Position numbers and translations under genes: made by a program. Below, one piece after another: positions 12,261-24,697 of a DNA stretch of 64,000 nt (positions are counted from its first letter, which is position 1; each line of letters begins with the position of its first letter). The DNA lies in NCBI RefSeq assembly GCF_004010195.1, contig NC_057719.1:36242585-36306584 (forward strand), given 5' to 3'. This DNA is from Chiloscyllium plagiosum. Its lineage: Eukaryota. The notes beneath the pieces were generated by a model, which searched no databases, was not told where the DNA came from, and worked only from the letters and a program-made list of their open reading frames with translations.

Positions 12261-13738
12261 CCATGATTTCTACCTACACTGGGGGTAGCTGATTCCATTG
12301 GGGGCAGCTGATCATTTCAATAGCCAGCTGTCTTCAGGAGCTACACTTGTGTGAACTACTAACAGATCCTCATCCTGTCCCTGCAAAACTGAGAGATATG
12401 ACATTCAGGAACAGGACTTGGATTTCTACTTCCTTTTGGCATCTGGAGCCTCTTTGTCCGATTCCTGACTTTCTTGACTCTGCCTCCATCTTTCTCATGT
12501 CTGTTTCTAAATCTCTTGATGTCAAATTTTGAAATTGAAAGTGCCACATAAATCCATATCGTTGTTTAAAATGTTTCCATCACCTCTCTTCAGTTTGGGT
12601 TATAACCCACTCGTAAAAGATTCGGATTTGTATTCAGATCTCTCTCAGATTATCTTAATATTGGCTGAAAAGACAACACAGTCAATGTAGCCATTTCCGT
12701 GACTGACCTTTGAAGCTGTGCAAGTTCCAGCTGGGAAGAGAGCCTCACAATTTGGAGGTGGCTGAGGTGCACAATGTTAAGGAGGTGAAGCAGTGGACCC
12801 AAATAACCCCCCCTCCTGTCCATCGCCAAAGTCACATGTGCCATTGGGGTATGGTGGACCTAGCACAGTATAACAGCAATTACTCTGAAGGGCCCTGGGC
12901 TCACACCTCAGTTGGGTCTTTGCAGTTCCATCATCCGTAGGGTTGATGGGAATGTGCATGGCAGAGACGCCAGCCTGTTTCATGCTAAAATGTCAATTTA
13001 TTCTATTTATGTTATAGGATGCAAATTTGCATATTAAAAACATTTGGCATCTAAAAGTGAAACTGAAACAGAAAATGCTGGAAACGCCAACATATAATCA
13101 AACAAGACATAAGGAATACTGCTTGTGAGAAGTTGGAAGGGTTCAGGAAGGATACCTCAGTGTGTGGGACTTCTGCAGCTGATACCACAATTCTAAAAGA
13201 TGGAAAATTCAGCTGGTGGCAGGCTGGATATGGAAACTACAAATGATGGTGGGGAAAGAAAACAAAAATCAACAGTAAACTTAACTCAGAGCATACAGTA
13301 GTGGCCAAGGACAACTTTTGGTTTTCTTAATGTCCAACAAAGGAAATTGTGGCTCATCCAAAAAGCAGATGCATTCCAACAGCACATAAGAGTTCCTCCT
13401 GCTTATCTGCCAAGGGAGCTGATAGCTATGGACATCTGTTCCCAGCAAAGCTTCAAAAGATAGAACATGAGCTTTTTTAACTCAAATCTGGTCATTTTTA
13501 AAGAAAGGAATGAGAAAGGATAAATATAAATAGGGACGAAGAAGTGCAGTGATGTAGTGGGAAGAGATAGAGATGTACACACGTGCATTAATAATGACAA
13601 CAGATGGATATGTAATCATCAAAATGAGAAACTATTCAGGATATATCATGATTTGGAGATGCCGGTGTTGGACTGGGGTGTACAAAGTTAAAAATTACAC
13701 AACACCAGGTTATAGTCCAACAGGTTTAATTGGAAGCA

Positions 13739-13773
13739 CACTAGCTTTCGGAGTGACGCTCCTTCATCAGGTG
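13739..13773 (-). ncRNA. Minimal type I hammerhead ribozyme motif (inverted twin)
   Basis: Exact reverse complement of 13849-13883. Confidence 0.8.
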
Positions 13774-13848
13774 ATAGTGGAGGGCTCAATCCTAACACAG
13801 CAAAAATTTTTGCTATAAATTCTGTGTTACGATCGAGCCCTCCACAAT

Positions 13849-13883
13849 CACCTGATGAAGGAGCGTCACTCCGAAAGCTAGTG
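13849..13883 (+). ncRNA. Minimal type I hammerhead ribozyme motif (PLE-associated)
   Basis: CAC-CTGATGA-A-GGAG-cgtca-CTCC-GAAA-GC-TA-GTG. Stem I is CAC/GTG, stem II is GGAG/CTCC, palindromic AGCT replaces stem III, and the predicted cut is after CUA (13880). Confidence 0.8.
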
Positions 13884-13930
13884 TGCTTCCAATTAAACCT
13901 GTTGGACTATAACCTGGTGTTGTGTGATTT

Positions 13931-14325
13931 NNNNNNNNNNNNNNNNNNNNNNNNNNNNNNNNNNNNNNNNNNNNNNNNNNNNNNNNNNNNNNNNNNNNNN
14001 NNNNNNNNNNNNNNNNNNNNNNNNNNNNNNNNNNNNNNNNNNNNNNNNNNNNNNNNNNNNNNNNNNNNNNNNNNNNNNNNNNNNNNNNNNNNNNNNNNNN
14101 NNNNNNNNNNNNNNNNNNNNNNNNNNNNNNNNNNNNNNNNNNNNNNNNNNNNNNNNNNNNNNNNNNNNNNNNNNNNNNNNNNNNNNNNNNNNNNNNNNNN
14201 NNNNNNNNNNNNNNNNNNNNNNNNNNNNNNNNNNNNNNNNNNNNNNNNNNNNNNNNNNNNNNNNNNNNNNNNNNNNNNNNNNNNNNNNNNNNNNNNNNNN
14301 NNNNNNNNNNNNNNNNNNNNNNNNN
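13931..14325. other. Assembly gap (395 N)
   Basis: Run of n. Confidence 1.
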
Positions 14326-15215
14326 ATCTGTGTGTGTATAGTGCACTGGTGGTCACCTGTAGTGTGACATGAACCCAAAGTCCCGGTTGAGGCCCTCCCT
14401 ATGGGTACCGAACTTAGCTATCAGTCTCTGCTCGGCCACTTTTCTCTGCTGCCTGTCCCGAAGTCCACCTTGGCGGATGGTCACCTGAAGGTCCGAGGCT
14501 GAATGTCCGGGACCATTGAAGTGTTCCCCAACTGGGAGGGAACCCTCCTGTCTGTTGATTGTTGTGCGGTGCCCATTCATCCGTTGTCGTAGCCTTTGCT
14601 CGGTTTCCCCAATGTACCATGCTTCAGGGCATCCTTGTCTGCAATGTATAACATAGACAACATTGGCTGAGTCACATGAGTACCTGCCATGTACAAGGTG
14701 GGAGGTGTCCCCACGCGTAATAGTGGTATCTATGTCCACACTCTGACACGTCTTGCAGCGCCTACCGTGACAGGGTTGTATGGAGTTGTCCTGAAAGCTG
14801 GGCAGCTTGCTACAAACAACAATCTGTTTGAGGTTTGGCGGTTGTTTAAAGGCAAGTAGTGGAGGTGTGGGGAAGGTCTTGGTGAGGTGCTCATCCTCAT
14901 TGGTAATGTGTTGCAGGTCACGAAGAACATGGCGTAATTTTTCAGCTCCTGGGAAATACTGAATATGTTTTGGATGGAAACTGGAGAAGTGTAGCATTGT
15001 GAAGTTGTCTGTTGGTTTAGTGGTAGAGTGTGGTGCTGAGGTGTCCATCCTTGATGGAGACGCATGTGTCCAAGAATGAGACAGATAGTCAAGAGTTGTC
15101 CATGGTGAGTTTGATGGTGAGATGAAACTCGTTGATGTCACTGTGTAGTTTTATCAGTGACTCCTCGCCATGGGTCCAGAGGAGGAAAATGTCGTCCATG
15201 TAACTGGTGTACAAC
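14326..15215 (-). mobile_element. Penelope-like element (Neptune-type), 5'-truncated: RT C-terminus, Cys linker, GIY-YIG endonuclease
   Basis: YMDDIFLLWTHGEESL (RT motif C, ~15160-15203), Cys linker PCHGRRCKTC, and GIY-YIG-type SANVVYVIHC...WYIGETEQRLRQRMNGH...VGEHF...AEQRLI...GLN. Frameshifts and a stop are present. Confidence 0.88.
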
Positions 15216-15490
15216 GTGTACAGTAAGTGAAAAATAGCTATTTAAAAATAATCAAAGAATTGGAGTCAGTTTGGATAAAATATACAGTATCTGTGTTTCC
15301 CTTGTTATCATTGTGTTACAGTCTGACATCATTGCAACTGAAATGTGTGGTTTATTCATGTCAATGAAATGACTGTGATACAATATTGCCACCTACTGTT
15401 GTAATAGCATATAGAAATGTGAACATCAAAATGACAATAATCTCAGAACTGATTGGCGGACTCGTCAAGTTCCAACTGCTCCAAAGATGC

Positions 15491-15617
15491 GGTAAAAACA
15501 ATGACTGCAGATGCTGGGAATCAGATTCTGGATTAGTGGTGCTGGGAGAACACAGCAGTTCAGGCAGCATCCAAGGAGCAGCGGAATCGACGTTTCAGGC
15601 AAAAGTCCTACATCAGG
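15491..15617 (-). mobile_element. Short PLE-derived element, degenerate hammerhead
   Basis: Reverse complement homologous to 1-143. Core reads CTGATGT...GAAACGTC. Confidence 0.65.
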
Positions 15618-18600
15618 AGGAACAGAGAGAATGGGAACATGGACATGGTGAGAGCGAGAGCAAAGAGACAGTGGGAGCATGGATACAGTGAGAAAACGGT
15701 GAGAGCGAGAGTACTGAGACAGTGGGAGCATGGATACAGTGAGAAAACGGTGAGAGTGAGAGCGCAGAGACAGTGGGAGCATGGATACAGTGAGACCATA
15801 GTGAGAGCAGCAGCACAGAGACATTGGCAACATAGATACAGTGAGAACAGAGTGGATACAGGGAAGATACAGTGAGAGAGAGATCACATAGACTGTGGGA
15901 ACTAGGATACGGTGAGGACACACAGAGTAAGATGACAGAGATAGTGGGAATATGGATACAGTGAGAACATGGTGTGGGCGGGAGCATAGATACAGTGAGG
16001 TCACAGTGAGAGCGGGAGCACAGAGACAGTGGGAACATGGATACAGTGAGAACACGGTGCGAGCGGGAGCACAGAGACAGTGGGNNNNNNNNNNNNNNNN
16101 NNNNNNNNNNNNNNNNNNNNNNNNNNNNNNNNNNNNNNNNNNNNNNNNNNNNNNNNNNNNNNNNNNNNNNNNNNNNNNNNNNNNNNNNNNNNNNNNNNNN
16201 NNNNNNNNNNNNNNNNNNNNNNNNNNNNNNNNNNNNNNNNNNNNNNNNNNNNNNNNNNNNNNNNNNNNNNNNNNNNNNNNNNNNNNNNNNNNNNNNNNNN
16301 NNNNNNNNNNNNNNNNNNNNNNNNNNNNNNNNNNNNNNNNNNNNNNNNNNNNNNNNNNNNNNNNNNNNNNNNNNNNNNNNNNNNNNNNNNNNNNNNNNNN
16401 NNNNNNNNNNNNNNNNNNNNNNNNNNNNNNNNNNNNNNNNNNNNNNNNNNNNNNNNNNNNNNNNNNNNNNNNNNNNNNNNNNNNNNNNNNNNNNNNNNNN
16501 NNNNNNNNNNNNNNNNNNNNNNNNNNNNNNNNNNNNNNNNNNNNNNNNNNNNNNNNNNNNNNNNNNNNNNNNNNNNNNNNNNNNCAGGGAGAACACGGTG
16601 AGAGCGAGAGCGCAGAGACAATGCGAACATGGATACAGTTTGAACACGGGGAGAGCAGGAGCACAGAGACAATGGCAACATAGATACAGGGACGACACAG
16701 TGAGAAAGAGATCACAGAGACAGTGAGAACATGGATACAGTGAAAACATGGAGAGAGTGGGAGCACTGAGACAGTGGAAACATGGATACAGTGAGAACAT
16801 GGTGAGAGTGGGGGCACAGAGACAGTGGGAACATGGATACAGTGAGGACACAGTGAGAGTGGGAGCACAGAGACAATGGGAACATGGAGACAGTGAGGAC
16901 ACAGTGAGAGTGGGAGCACAGAGACAGTGGGAGCATGGATACAGTGAGAACATGGTGAGTGTGGGAGCGCAGAGACAGTGGGAACATGGATACAGAGAGA
17001 ACACGGTGAGAGTGGGAGCACAGAGACAGTGAGAGCATGGATACAGTGAGAACACGGTGAGAGTGGGAGCACAGAGACATTGGGAACATGGATACAGTGA
17101 GAACACACTGAGAGTGAGATCATAGAGACAGTGGGAACATGGATACAGTGAGAACACGGTGAGAGTGGGAGCACAGACACAGTGGGAACATGGATACAGT
17201 GAGAACATGGTGAGTGTGGGAGCGCAGAGACAGTGGGAACATAGATACAGTGAGAACACGATGAGAGTGGGAGCACAGAGACAATGGGAACATGGATACA
17301 GTGAGAACACACTGAGAGTGAGATCATAGAGACAGTGGGAACATGGATACAGTGAGAACATGGTGAGTGTGGGAGCACAGAGACAGTGGGAACATGGATA
17401 CAGTGAGAACACGATGAGAGTGTGTGCACAGAGACAGTGGGAGCCTGGATACAATAAGGACATACGGAGAATGGGAGCACAGAGGCAATGGCAACAGAGA
17501 TACAGTGAGAACACGGTGAGAGCGGGAGCACAGAGACAGTGGGAACATGGATACTGTGAGAACACGGTGGGAGCGGGAACACAGAGACAGTGGGAACATG
17601 GATACTGTGAGAACACGGTGGGAGCGGGAACACAGAGACAGTGAGAGCATGGATACAGTGAGAACAGGGTGAGAGCGTGGGCACAGAGACAGTGGGAACA
17701 TGGATACAGTGAGGTCACGGTGACAACGGGGGAGCAGAGAGGGTGAGAGCATGCATACAGTGAAGACACGGTGAGAGTGGATGCACAGAGACAATGTGAA
17801 CATGATTACAGTGAGAATACAGTGAGAGCGTGTGCACAGAGACAGTGGGAACATGGATATAGATAGGACACAGTGACAGCGAGAGCACAGAGACAGTCAG
17901 AACATGGTTACAGTGAGAACACGGTGAGAGTGGGTGCACAGAGACAATGAGAACATGGATACAGTGAGAACACGGTGAGAGGAAGAGCACAGAGACAGTG
18001 TGAACATAGTTATAGTGAGAACATGGTGAGAGCGGGGCACAGAGACAGTGGGAACATGGATATAGTTAGGACACAGTGACAGCGAGAGCACAGGGACAGT
18101 GGGAACATGGATACAGTGAGAACATGGTGAGAGTGGGAGCACAGAGACAGTGGGAACATGGATACAGTGAGGACACAGTGAGAGCGGGGGCACAGAGACA
18201 GTGGGAAAATGGATACAGTGAAAACACGATGAGAGCGAGAGCACAGAGACAGTGGGATCATGGATACACTGAGGTCACGGTGAGAGTGGGAGCTCAGAGT
18301 CAGTGGGAGCTTGGATACAGTGAGATCACGGTGAAAGTGGGAGCACAGAGACAGTGGGATCATGGATAACGTGAGAAAACGCTGAGAGGAAGAGCGCAGA
18401 GACAGTGGGAACATGGATACAGTGAGGACATACTGAGAGTGGGAGCACAGAGACAGTGGGAACATGGATACAGTGAGAACATGGTGAGAGCGGGAGCACA
18501 GAGACAGTGGGAACATGGATACAGTGAGAACACGGTGAGAGCAAGAGCACAGGGACTGTGGGACCATGGATACAGTGAGAACACGGTGAGAGCAGGAGCA

Positions 18601-19272
18601 CGGAGACAATGGCAACATAGATACAGGGAGGACACAGTGAGAGAGAGATCACAGAGACTGTGGGAACATGGATACAGTGAGGACACAGTGAGAGAGAGTT
18701 CTTAAAGACTGTGGGAACATGGATACAGTGAGGACACGGTGTGAGTGAGATCGCAGAGACAGTGGGAGCATGGATACAGTGAGGTCACGGTGAGAGTGGG
18801 AGCACAGAGACAGTGGGAACATGGATACAGTGAGAACATGATGAGAGTGGGAGCACAGAGACAGTGGGAACATGGATACAGTGAGAACACGGTGAGAGCG
18901 TGGGCACAGAGACAGTGGGAACATGGATACAGTGAGAACACGGTGAGAGCGGGAGCACAGAGACAGTGGGAGCATGGATACAGTGAGAACTCGGTGAGAG
19001 CGGGAGCACAGAGACAATGGGAACATGGATACAGTGAGAACACGGTGAGAGTGGGAGCACAGAGACAGTGGGAACATGGATACAGTGAGAACTCGGTGAG
19101 AGCGAGAGCACAGAGACAGTGGGAACATGGATACACTGAGAACACGGTGAGAGCGGGAGCACAGAGACAATGAGAGCTGAGAGACAGTGGGAGGACAGAG
19201 ACAGAGGGAGCATGCAAAGTGGGGGCATAGAGACAGTGGGAGAACATTGAGAGTCGGGGCACAGAGAAAGTG
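15618..19272. repeat. 51-bp minisatellite (3 x 17-bp higher-order unit), roughly 60 visible copies plus a 500-N gap
   Basis: Consensus CACAGAGACAGTGGGAA-CATGGATACAGTGAGAA-CACGGTGAGAGTGGGAG, matching the 17-aa periodic ORFs in the track. Confidence 0.95.
16085..16584. other. Assembly gap (500 N) inside the minisatellite
   Basis: Run of n. Confidence 1.
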
Positions 19273-20875
19273 CTAGCAAGAATAGCCCATGTGACCCATC
19301 AAGCCTGCTTTGATATTCAATGAGATCATAACTCACCTCTTTTATAATTTCCTGTAACATCTTCAAGACCCTTGATGTATTCAATATCTTGAAATTCTTC
19401 AACCTTTGTCTTGAATTGAATCAATGACTGAGCCTTCTCAGCTCTCTGGGGTAGTGTATTCGGCAGATTCATCATCCTCTGATTGAAAAACGTTCCCTCA
19501 GCCCAGCCCAAAAGAGACTGGTCCTTATTCTGAAACTATGCTCCCTGGTTTTAAACAGCCCATGAAGGGAAGACACCCTTCCTGCATCGACCTTGTTGAA
19601 CCCTATAAGACCCAAGGAATATGCTTCTAAAGGATTTCCATGGATACCCAACTTTGCTCTTTAATCGTATTCTGTTGATATAAAACCAACAAGTTAATTT
19701 ATCTCTGGTGACTGAAACTGTAAAAAAGTGGTTGCATGGCAGAGTAGTGTAGTAGTGATCTTGCCTTGCTTCGCCGATAAATAGGAGCATACTGCTTTTT
19801 ACTTACATTTCTTTACAAAGTGAACTTCTTTCCCAAGCAGTAGACACATGGAAGAATGGGAAGAAAACTATTGTCAGTCTTCCAGACCAACCGTGGTTCA
19901 TATTTTAGTCCGACTGAGTCATATAAAATGCCCTTGCTTCTTGCATCCTCCAAGTTAGAATGATATCAGTGAGGATCTGAAGTGAGAGAAAGTTTGCTCT
20001 TTGGGGACAGATCACTGCTGTTCCCAGATAACATTTTGTTTAATAGATTTAGGATGTAGCAGCATTTAGAATCAGAACAACTGCACAATTATGTACTGTA
20101 GGAACAAATATTGAACAGATTTGGCTGAACATCCTTACCCTGCTATTTGAGAAAGAGTTGACTGTTTGGAAATAAAATGGATCAATGCCTATACAAAAAT
20201 AGTAGAGAGAAGAATTGTAGTTAACTGCATTAAAAACTGTTTGCTGGTATTCCATGCTGTTATCTCAGGGTAAGTGCAAAATGACAGCACAATAAATGTA
20301 TTTTAAAAAGATCTGCTTCACATAATGTGAGTGTTTGAACCCGGCTGTTTGGATTTTTGATGCCATAATGTGTTTTTTGCAAATTCACTGACTGTCTGGA
20401 ACCCTTAAAATCACTCCTGTAAAGAATGAGGGAAACTCAAATAGGAACAAGATAACAAGGGATGTCAATGGCTTCTCTCAGCGAATAACCGTGTGACATC
20501 AAGCAACCACCAGCCCAAAATTAGACACTCTAAATTAACGACCACTGGAGAAGTCAGATCTGACAGAAAATTGGCCAAATTCAATTAAACAGCAGCCAGT
20601 AGCTACTGCATACATAGAATAGTGGAAACACCTCAAGATCAAAGAGGTTCCAACAACCCCAAAGGTTGTCTTTCAGAGAACAGTTGATCAGATGTTCCAG
20701 CATCTTGATTGCCTGAGTGTATTTACACCTCCTAGCATGGCAACAGTGAAAAATGCTGATGGGATTCCATTGGGTGATTTGAACCCAGCTCATGACCCCA
20801 TTGGCCAAAGGCTACAGTCTGTCCTGGAAGATCAGGAGTAAGGGTAAGAGAACACACACTTGGACACAAATTTTA

Positions 20876-21195
20876 GGCGGCACGGTGGCACAGTGGCTAG
20901 CACTGCTGCCTCACAGCGCCAGAGACCCGGGTTCAATTCCCGCCTCAGGCGACTGACTGTGTGGAGTTTGCACGTTCTCCCCGTGTCTGCGTGGGTTTCC
21001 TCCGGGTGCTCCGGTTTCCTCCCACAGTCCAAAGATGTGCAGGTCAGGTGAATTGGCCATGCTAAATTGCCCGTAGTGTTAGGTAAGGGGTAAATGTAGG
21101 GGTATGGGTGGGTTGCGCTTCGGCGGGTCGGTGTGGACTTGTTGGGCCGAAGGGCCTGTTTCCACACTGTAATGTAATCTAATCTAATCTAATCT
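20876..21195 (+). mobile_element. HE1-like V-SINE, full length, CpG-intact (young)
   Basis: GGCGGCACGGTGGCACAGTGG...GGGTTCAATTCC...GGGCCGAAGGGCCTGTTTCC...(AATCT)n. Confidence 0.88.
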
Positions 21196-23289
21196 CTCAT
21201 TGAAAACTTTATGAAACTCAGTGAAAGTTCATTGAAAACTCAGTGAAGACTCAGCAAAGACTCAACCTGGCCCTGCAGTGGAGCTCTCAACTCTTGGAGA
21301 GAGAAAGAGAGACAGAGAGGGAGAAAAAGAAAGAAAGAGGGAGAGGAAAGATCAGCCCTGACTCCTGCAAGATCCACCATCATGGAAGAGAGCCAGCCCT
21401 CCATCTGAGAAGAAGAAGATTCCAATGGCTCAGTTCAAAGACATTGTAGGAAACATCCTTTCTCAGATGGATAGTTGTGGGAATTTGGGAAATGCTCACA
21501 TAATATTTTTGTGAGGAATATTTTGTTAATAAAATCGAGTTGAACTGTAAGCCTAATTCTGTGTCCCTTTGTCTGCCTCACTGACAAGAACACTTGTGTC
21601 AAGCATTTTTAATACATAAAATGGTTGAAATGTCCAAATCATGTGAATAACTTGTATGTCTGTTTTCCACCCCGGGAAAATGCAAAACATGGCAGAGTAG
21701 AGAGTGAAGGACATTTTCTAAGATTACAAAGAGATCTTGATCAAATGGGTTAATGGGCTAAAAAATGGAAGATGGAGTTCAAGCTGGATAAGTGTGAGGT
21801 ATTACATTTTGGTACAGCAAATAAGGATAGATCTTTGAGTAGTGGAGGGACCTGGGGGTGCAGATACATAATTTTCTGAAGTTTTCATCACATATAGACA
21901 GGGAGGTTAAAAAGACTTGCCTTCATTGCTCAGTCCTTTGAGTATAGGAGCTAGGAAGTCATGTTGAGGTTGTACAGGGCATTGGTGCAACTAACCGGGG
22001 GGATCACATTCATCTCTCCTCACCCAAGAGTGTAATGATTTGGCTATCTTGTCTGAAACCAATACCAATTTTGAAATATTGCCAAGGATCTTTTCATTAA
22101 CAATCTGGTACTGAAGCTTTACAGGAGGTTATTGGCACAGCAAAATTCAAACGAGTTTTAAAGCAGATATGTTTTAGGAATGTAAACTTGAAAATGTTTG
22201 TTTTCTTGGATGAGTGTGCAGCAGATTTAGTTTATCTTTTCACTAATTGTTTTGAGAAATCCCAAGTGAGCTCTACATCCATGACATATTTTATTTCGAT
22301 TGTAATTCCTTTTTCAATCTACAGGTCACCATATCACTTTTGTTTTTGATGAAGTGAAGGAAAAGTAACAGAATTCTTTCATTGGTTGTGGCATGATATG
22401 CATTTGCATTGTCCTCCAGCATTCTCCACATTCTTGGTAAAGGTAATGACTGTTGCATGACTCTTATGGCAGGGCTGTGGATAGTCTAGCTTCAACAGAA
22501 GAGAGCATTAGAACTAATGTCTGACATCTGCAATCACAATTTTTAATAGAACTTCCTACACAACCAAGAGCAAAACATGTCTAATATTTTCCTTTGTAGC
22601 TCTCTGCCAGGCTAATGTGTTACCTTATAATGAAACCAAATTGCCAATGCTTTGACAGAACCATCCACTTATTTAGTTATAGTTAATTAAATATCATCAG
22701 TACCCTTTTTATATGTCTATTATCCTAAAGTGTTATGCAAACAAAGGGAATGTATCCGAGTGCTAAACCATGTTTTGGGGTTAGGGAAGTTTAAGGGTAG
22801 ATTTAATTGCAATGTTCAAATTCATCATGGGTTTTCAAAGAATAGAAAGGGATAAACGTGCTGGACGATTAGTAACCAGTGTTAAATGTAATTGATGAAA
22901 CAGCTAGAGAGCTATTTGAATGCAGCGAGTTATTATAATCTAGAATGTTTTGCCTGAAAGAATGGTGGAAGCCAAGTAAGCAGTAACTTTCAAAAAGGAA
23001 ATTGAACAAATACTTGACAGAGGGAAATAAAAATCACATAGTTTAAAATGTAAAGAGCAGAACAATTGAATAATCAGACTTGAATTAGTCTATGCCTGTC
23101 AGTTTCCGAGTACAAACAGGCAGCTTGCTGAAGAGAGTTGGAAGGACTCCCAGTAGACAAAGTGTCAAAAGAAAGAGAGACCATACCTCTTAAAGCAAAA
23201 TGTAAATCTCTTAAAATGAAAATATCCTTCTAACTGGTTGCAGTGGGGATAAAGAAAGTGAAAGGTTGCTTTGGCATAGGAAAGGACAC

Positions 23290-23480
23290 AAAGATTCACT
23301 GACGATGCCAGGAGTTTTTGTTGGAACAAGCAATGAGATATCGTTTTCCATTCCAGAACAAGAGTACTGGCCAAATGTTGTAGTGGATCTGGAGGCTGAC
23401 AGCCAACAAAATGATTGCAGTCAATGACACCCAAAGGCATGACTGCAAAGGTGTAATATGATGTAATAGAGATTACAGAG
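23290..23480 (-). mobile_element. PIF/Harbinger transposase relic
   Basis: GVIDCNH matches the G(A/V)IDCTH catalytic-Asp motif of Harbinger/HARBI1 transposases. Confidence 0.45.
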
Positions 23481-24044
23481 GCTTGAGCTGTTAGAATGGG
23501 ATACTTTCTTTTCACAGCAACTGGGAAGATTAGCTGAAATCATGGAGAATTGTCTCTGGATTATTACAGATGGGGTGTGAGCTGAGAGATACATGTCAGA
23601 ACCCAGTGTGACTCCCAGTGTCGATTTGGGAATTGCTGGGGATGGTTAAACTTCTGTTGGGCTTATATCCTGCTATCCAGGACCCTCCACTAATATTTCT
23701 GACTATGTGCTTAAGCTTTTCAAGTGGAACTTTAAGAAAGACACCTGTAAACTTGCTCAGGAAATATGAGGCAATTTAAAAACCGGGACAGAATCTTCCA
23801 ATTCCAAAGGTGGCAGATCTGGAAGCAGGAAGGCAGGTGGCATCCCTAACACTCGCCTACAGGATGCACAATAGGACTTTCTTCTCACACGGCTAATTGA
23901 GGCCGTTAGATGATCAATTCATGACCAGTTAATTAAGGATCAATTTAGAGACTTGTTCTCACTTGGGCCGCAATTTGCTCAGCTCTAGTTGGAACAATGA
24001 AGAGTCAGTTCAGGTGACAGGTGAACCAGTGTGGACAGCTTGTT

Positions 24045-24172
24045 CTTGATGAAGGGCTTTTGTCTGAAACATTGATTTTCCTGCTCCTCGGATGCTGCCT
24101 GACCTGCTGTGCTTTTCCAACACCACTCTGAACTTGACTCTAATCTCCAGCATCTGCAGTCCTCACTTTTGC
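24045..24172 (+). mobile_element. Short PLE-derived element, 19-bp TSD
   Basis: CCAGTGTGGACAGC(t/c)TGTT at 24026-24044 and 24173-24191. Hammerhead core is degenerate. Confidence 0.75.
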
Positions 24173-24347
24173 CCAGTGTGGACAGCCTGTTAACTGGGGG
24201 TGTTTGTGTACAGTTGAGGACATGAACATAGGGCAATGGGATGGCCACTGAAATCCATGCCCCTCCTCATTCTTTTGAACTCACCGCCCTATTGTACCCA
24301 CAAGGCCAATCCCAGGATCCCCTGACCTGCATGCACCACTTGGCTGA

Positions 24348-24697
24348 ATTCGACTGGGACAACACAACGATCAGAGGACAAGCTAAATAGATGACAGGCA
24401 GAGAATTCCTGGAAGCATGGCACTCATCCACGGATTCTGTCAACAAGTACATTGACCTCGACCCAATATACCAGCCACTACAACGAACAACCGGAACTGG
24501 CAACCTGAAGCAGCAGAAATGGAATTAATAAATTCCAGAAGACACAGTACTGCAACACTTCACAGGAGGCTCCAAAGTACTGAAGATGTCACCTAGACAG
24601 GGGACAAAACGTCTGCAAATCACCTTCCCAGCTCAGCAAACATACCCACAATTACAACAACCGGCACCCAAGCTACAAATCTTCACAGAAACCTTGA
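24348..24697 (+). mobile_element. PLE 3' fragment (Penelope/Poseidon-type GIY-YIG C-terminus plus terminal repeat)
   Basis: Reads FDWDNTTIRGQAK*MTGREFLEAWHSSTDSVNKYIDLDPIYQPL. Flanked by ACTTGG(c/t)TGA duplication at 24338-24347 and 24698-24707. Confidence 0.7.
24577..24616 (+). ncRNA. Degenerate hammerhead motif, third family
   Basis: GTA-CTGAAGA-T-GTCACCT-agac-AGGGGAC-AAAA-CG-TC-TGC. The GAAA box is mutated to AAAA, consistent with CpG decay. Confidence 0.6.

Larger units (their letters stand above)
13647..13930. mobile_element. PLE terminal repeat in inverted arrangement (109-bp arms 13692-13800 and 13822-13930)
   Basis: The arms are reverse complements with 4 mismatches seen. Each carries a hammerhead core. 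The repeat lies next to the PLE ORF across the gap. Confidence 0.8.

Noticed and set aside
13813..14378. ORFs of 147-182 aa across the first gap
   Set aside because: Artefacts of translating through Ns.
15618..19272. CRISPR-like array, or V(D)J RSS array (CACAGTG heptamers in some units)
   Set aside because: Units are contiguous with no unique spacers, in a eukaryotic context without cas genes. No ACAAAAACC nonamer at 12/23 spacing and no V/J segments.
15465..19402. Long Cys/His-rich ORFs (up to 739 aa) resembling metallothionein, keratin-associated or zinc-finger proteins
   Set aside because: They come from a 51-bp (multiple of 3) stop-poor tandem repeat, are open in several frames at once, span an N gap, and lack credible starts or splice context.
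21196..21262. Short repeated TGAAAACT/CAGTGAA motifs as a regulatory array
   Set aside because: Few irregular copies next to a SINE tail within a probable old repeat; not enough support.
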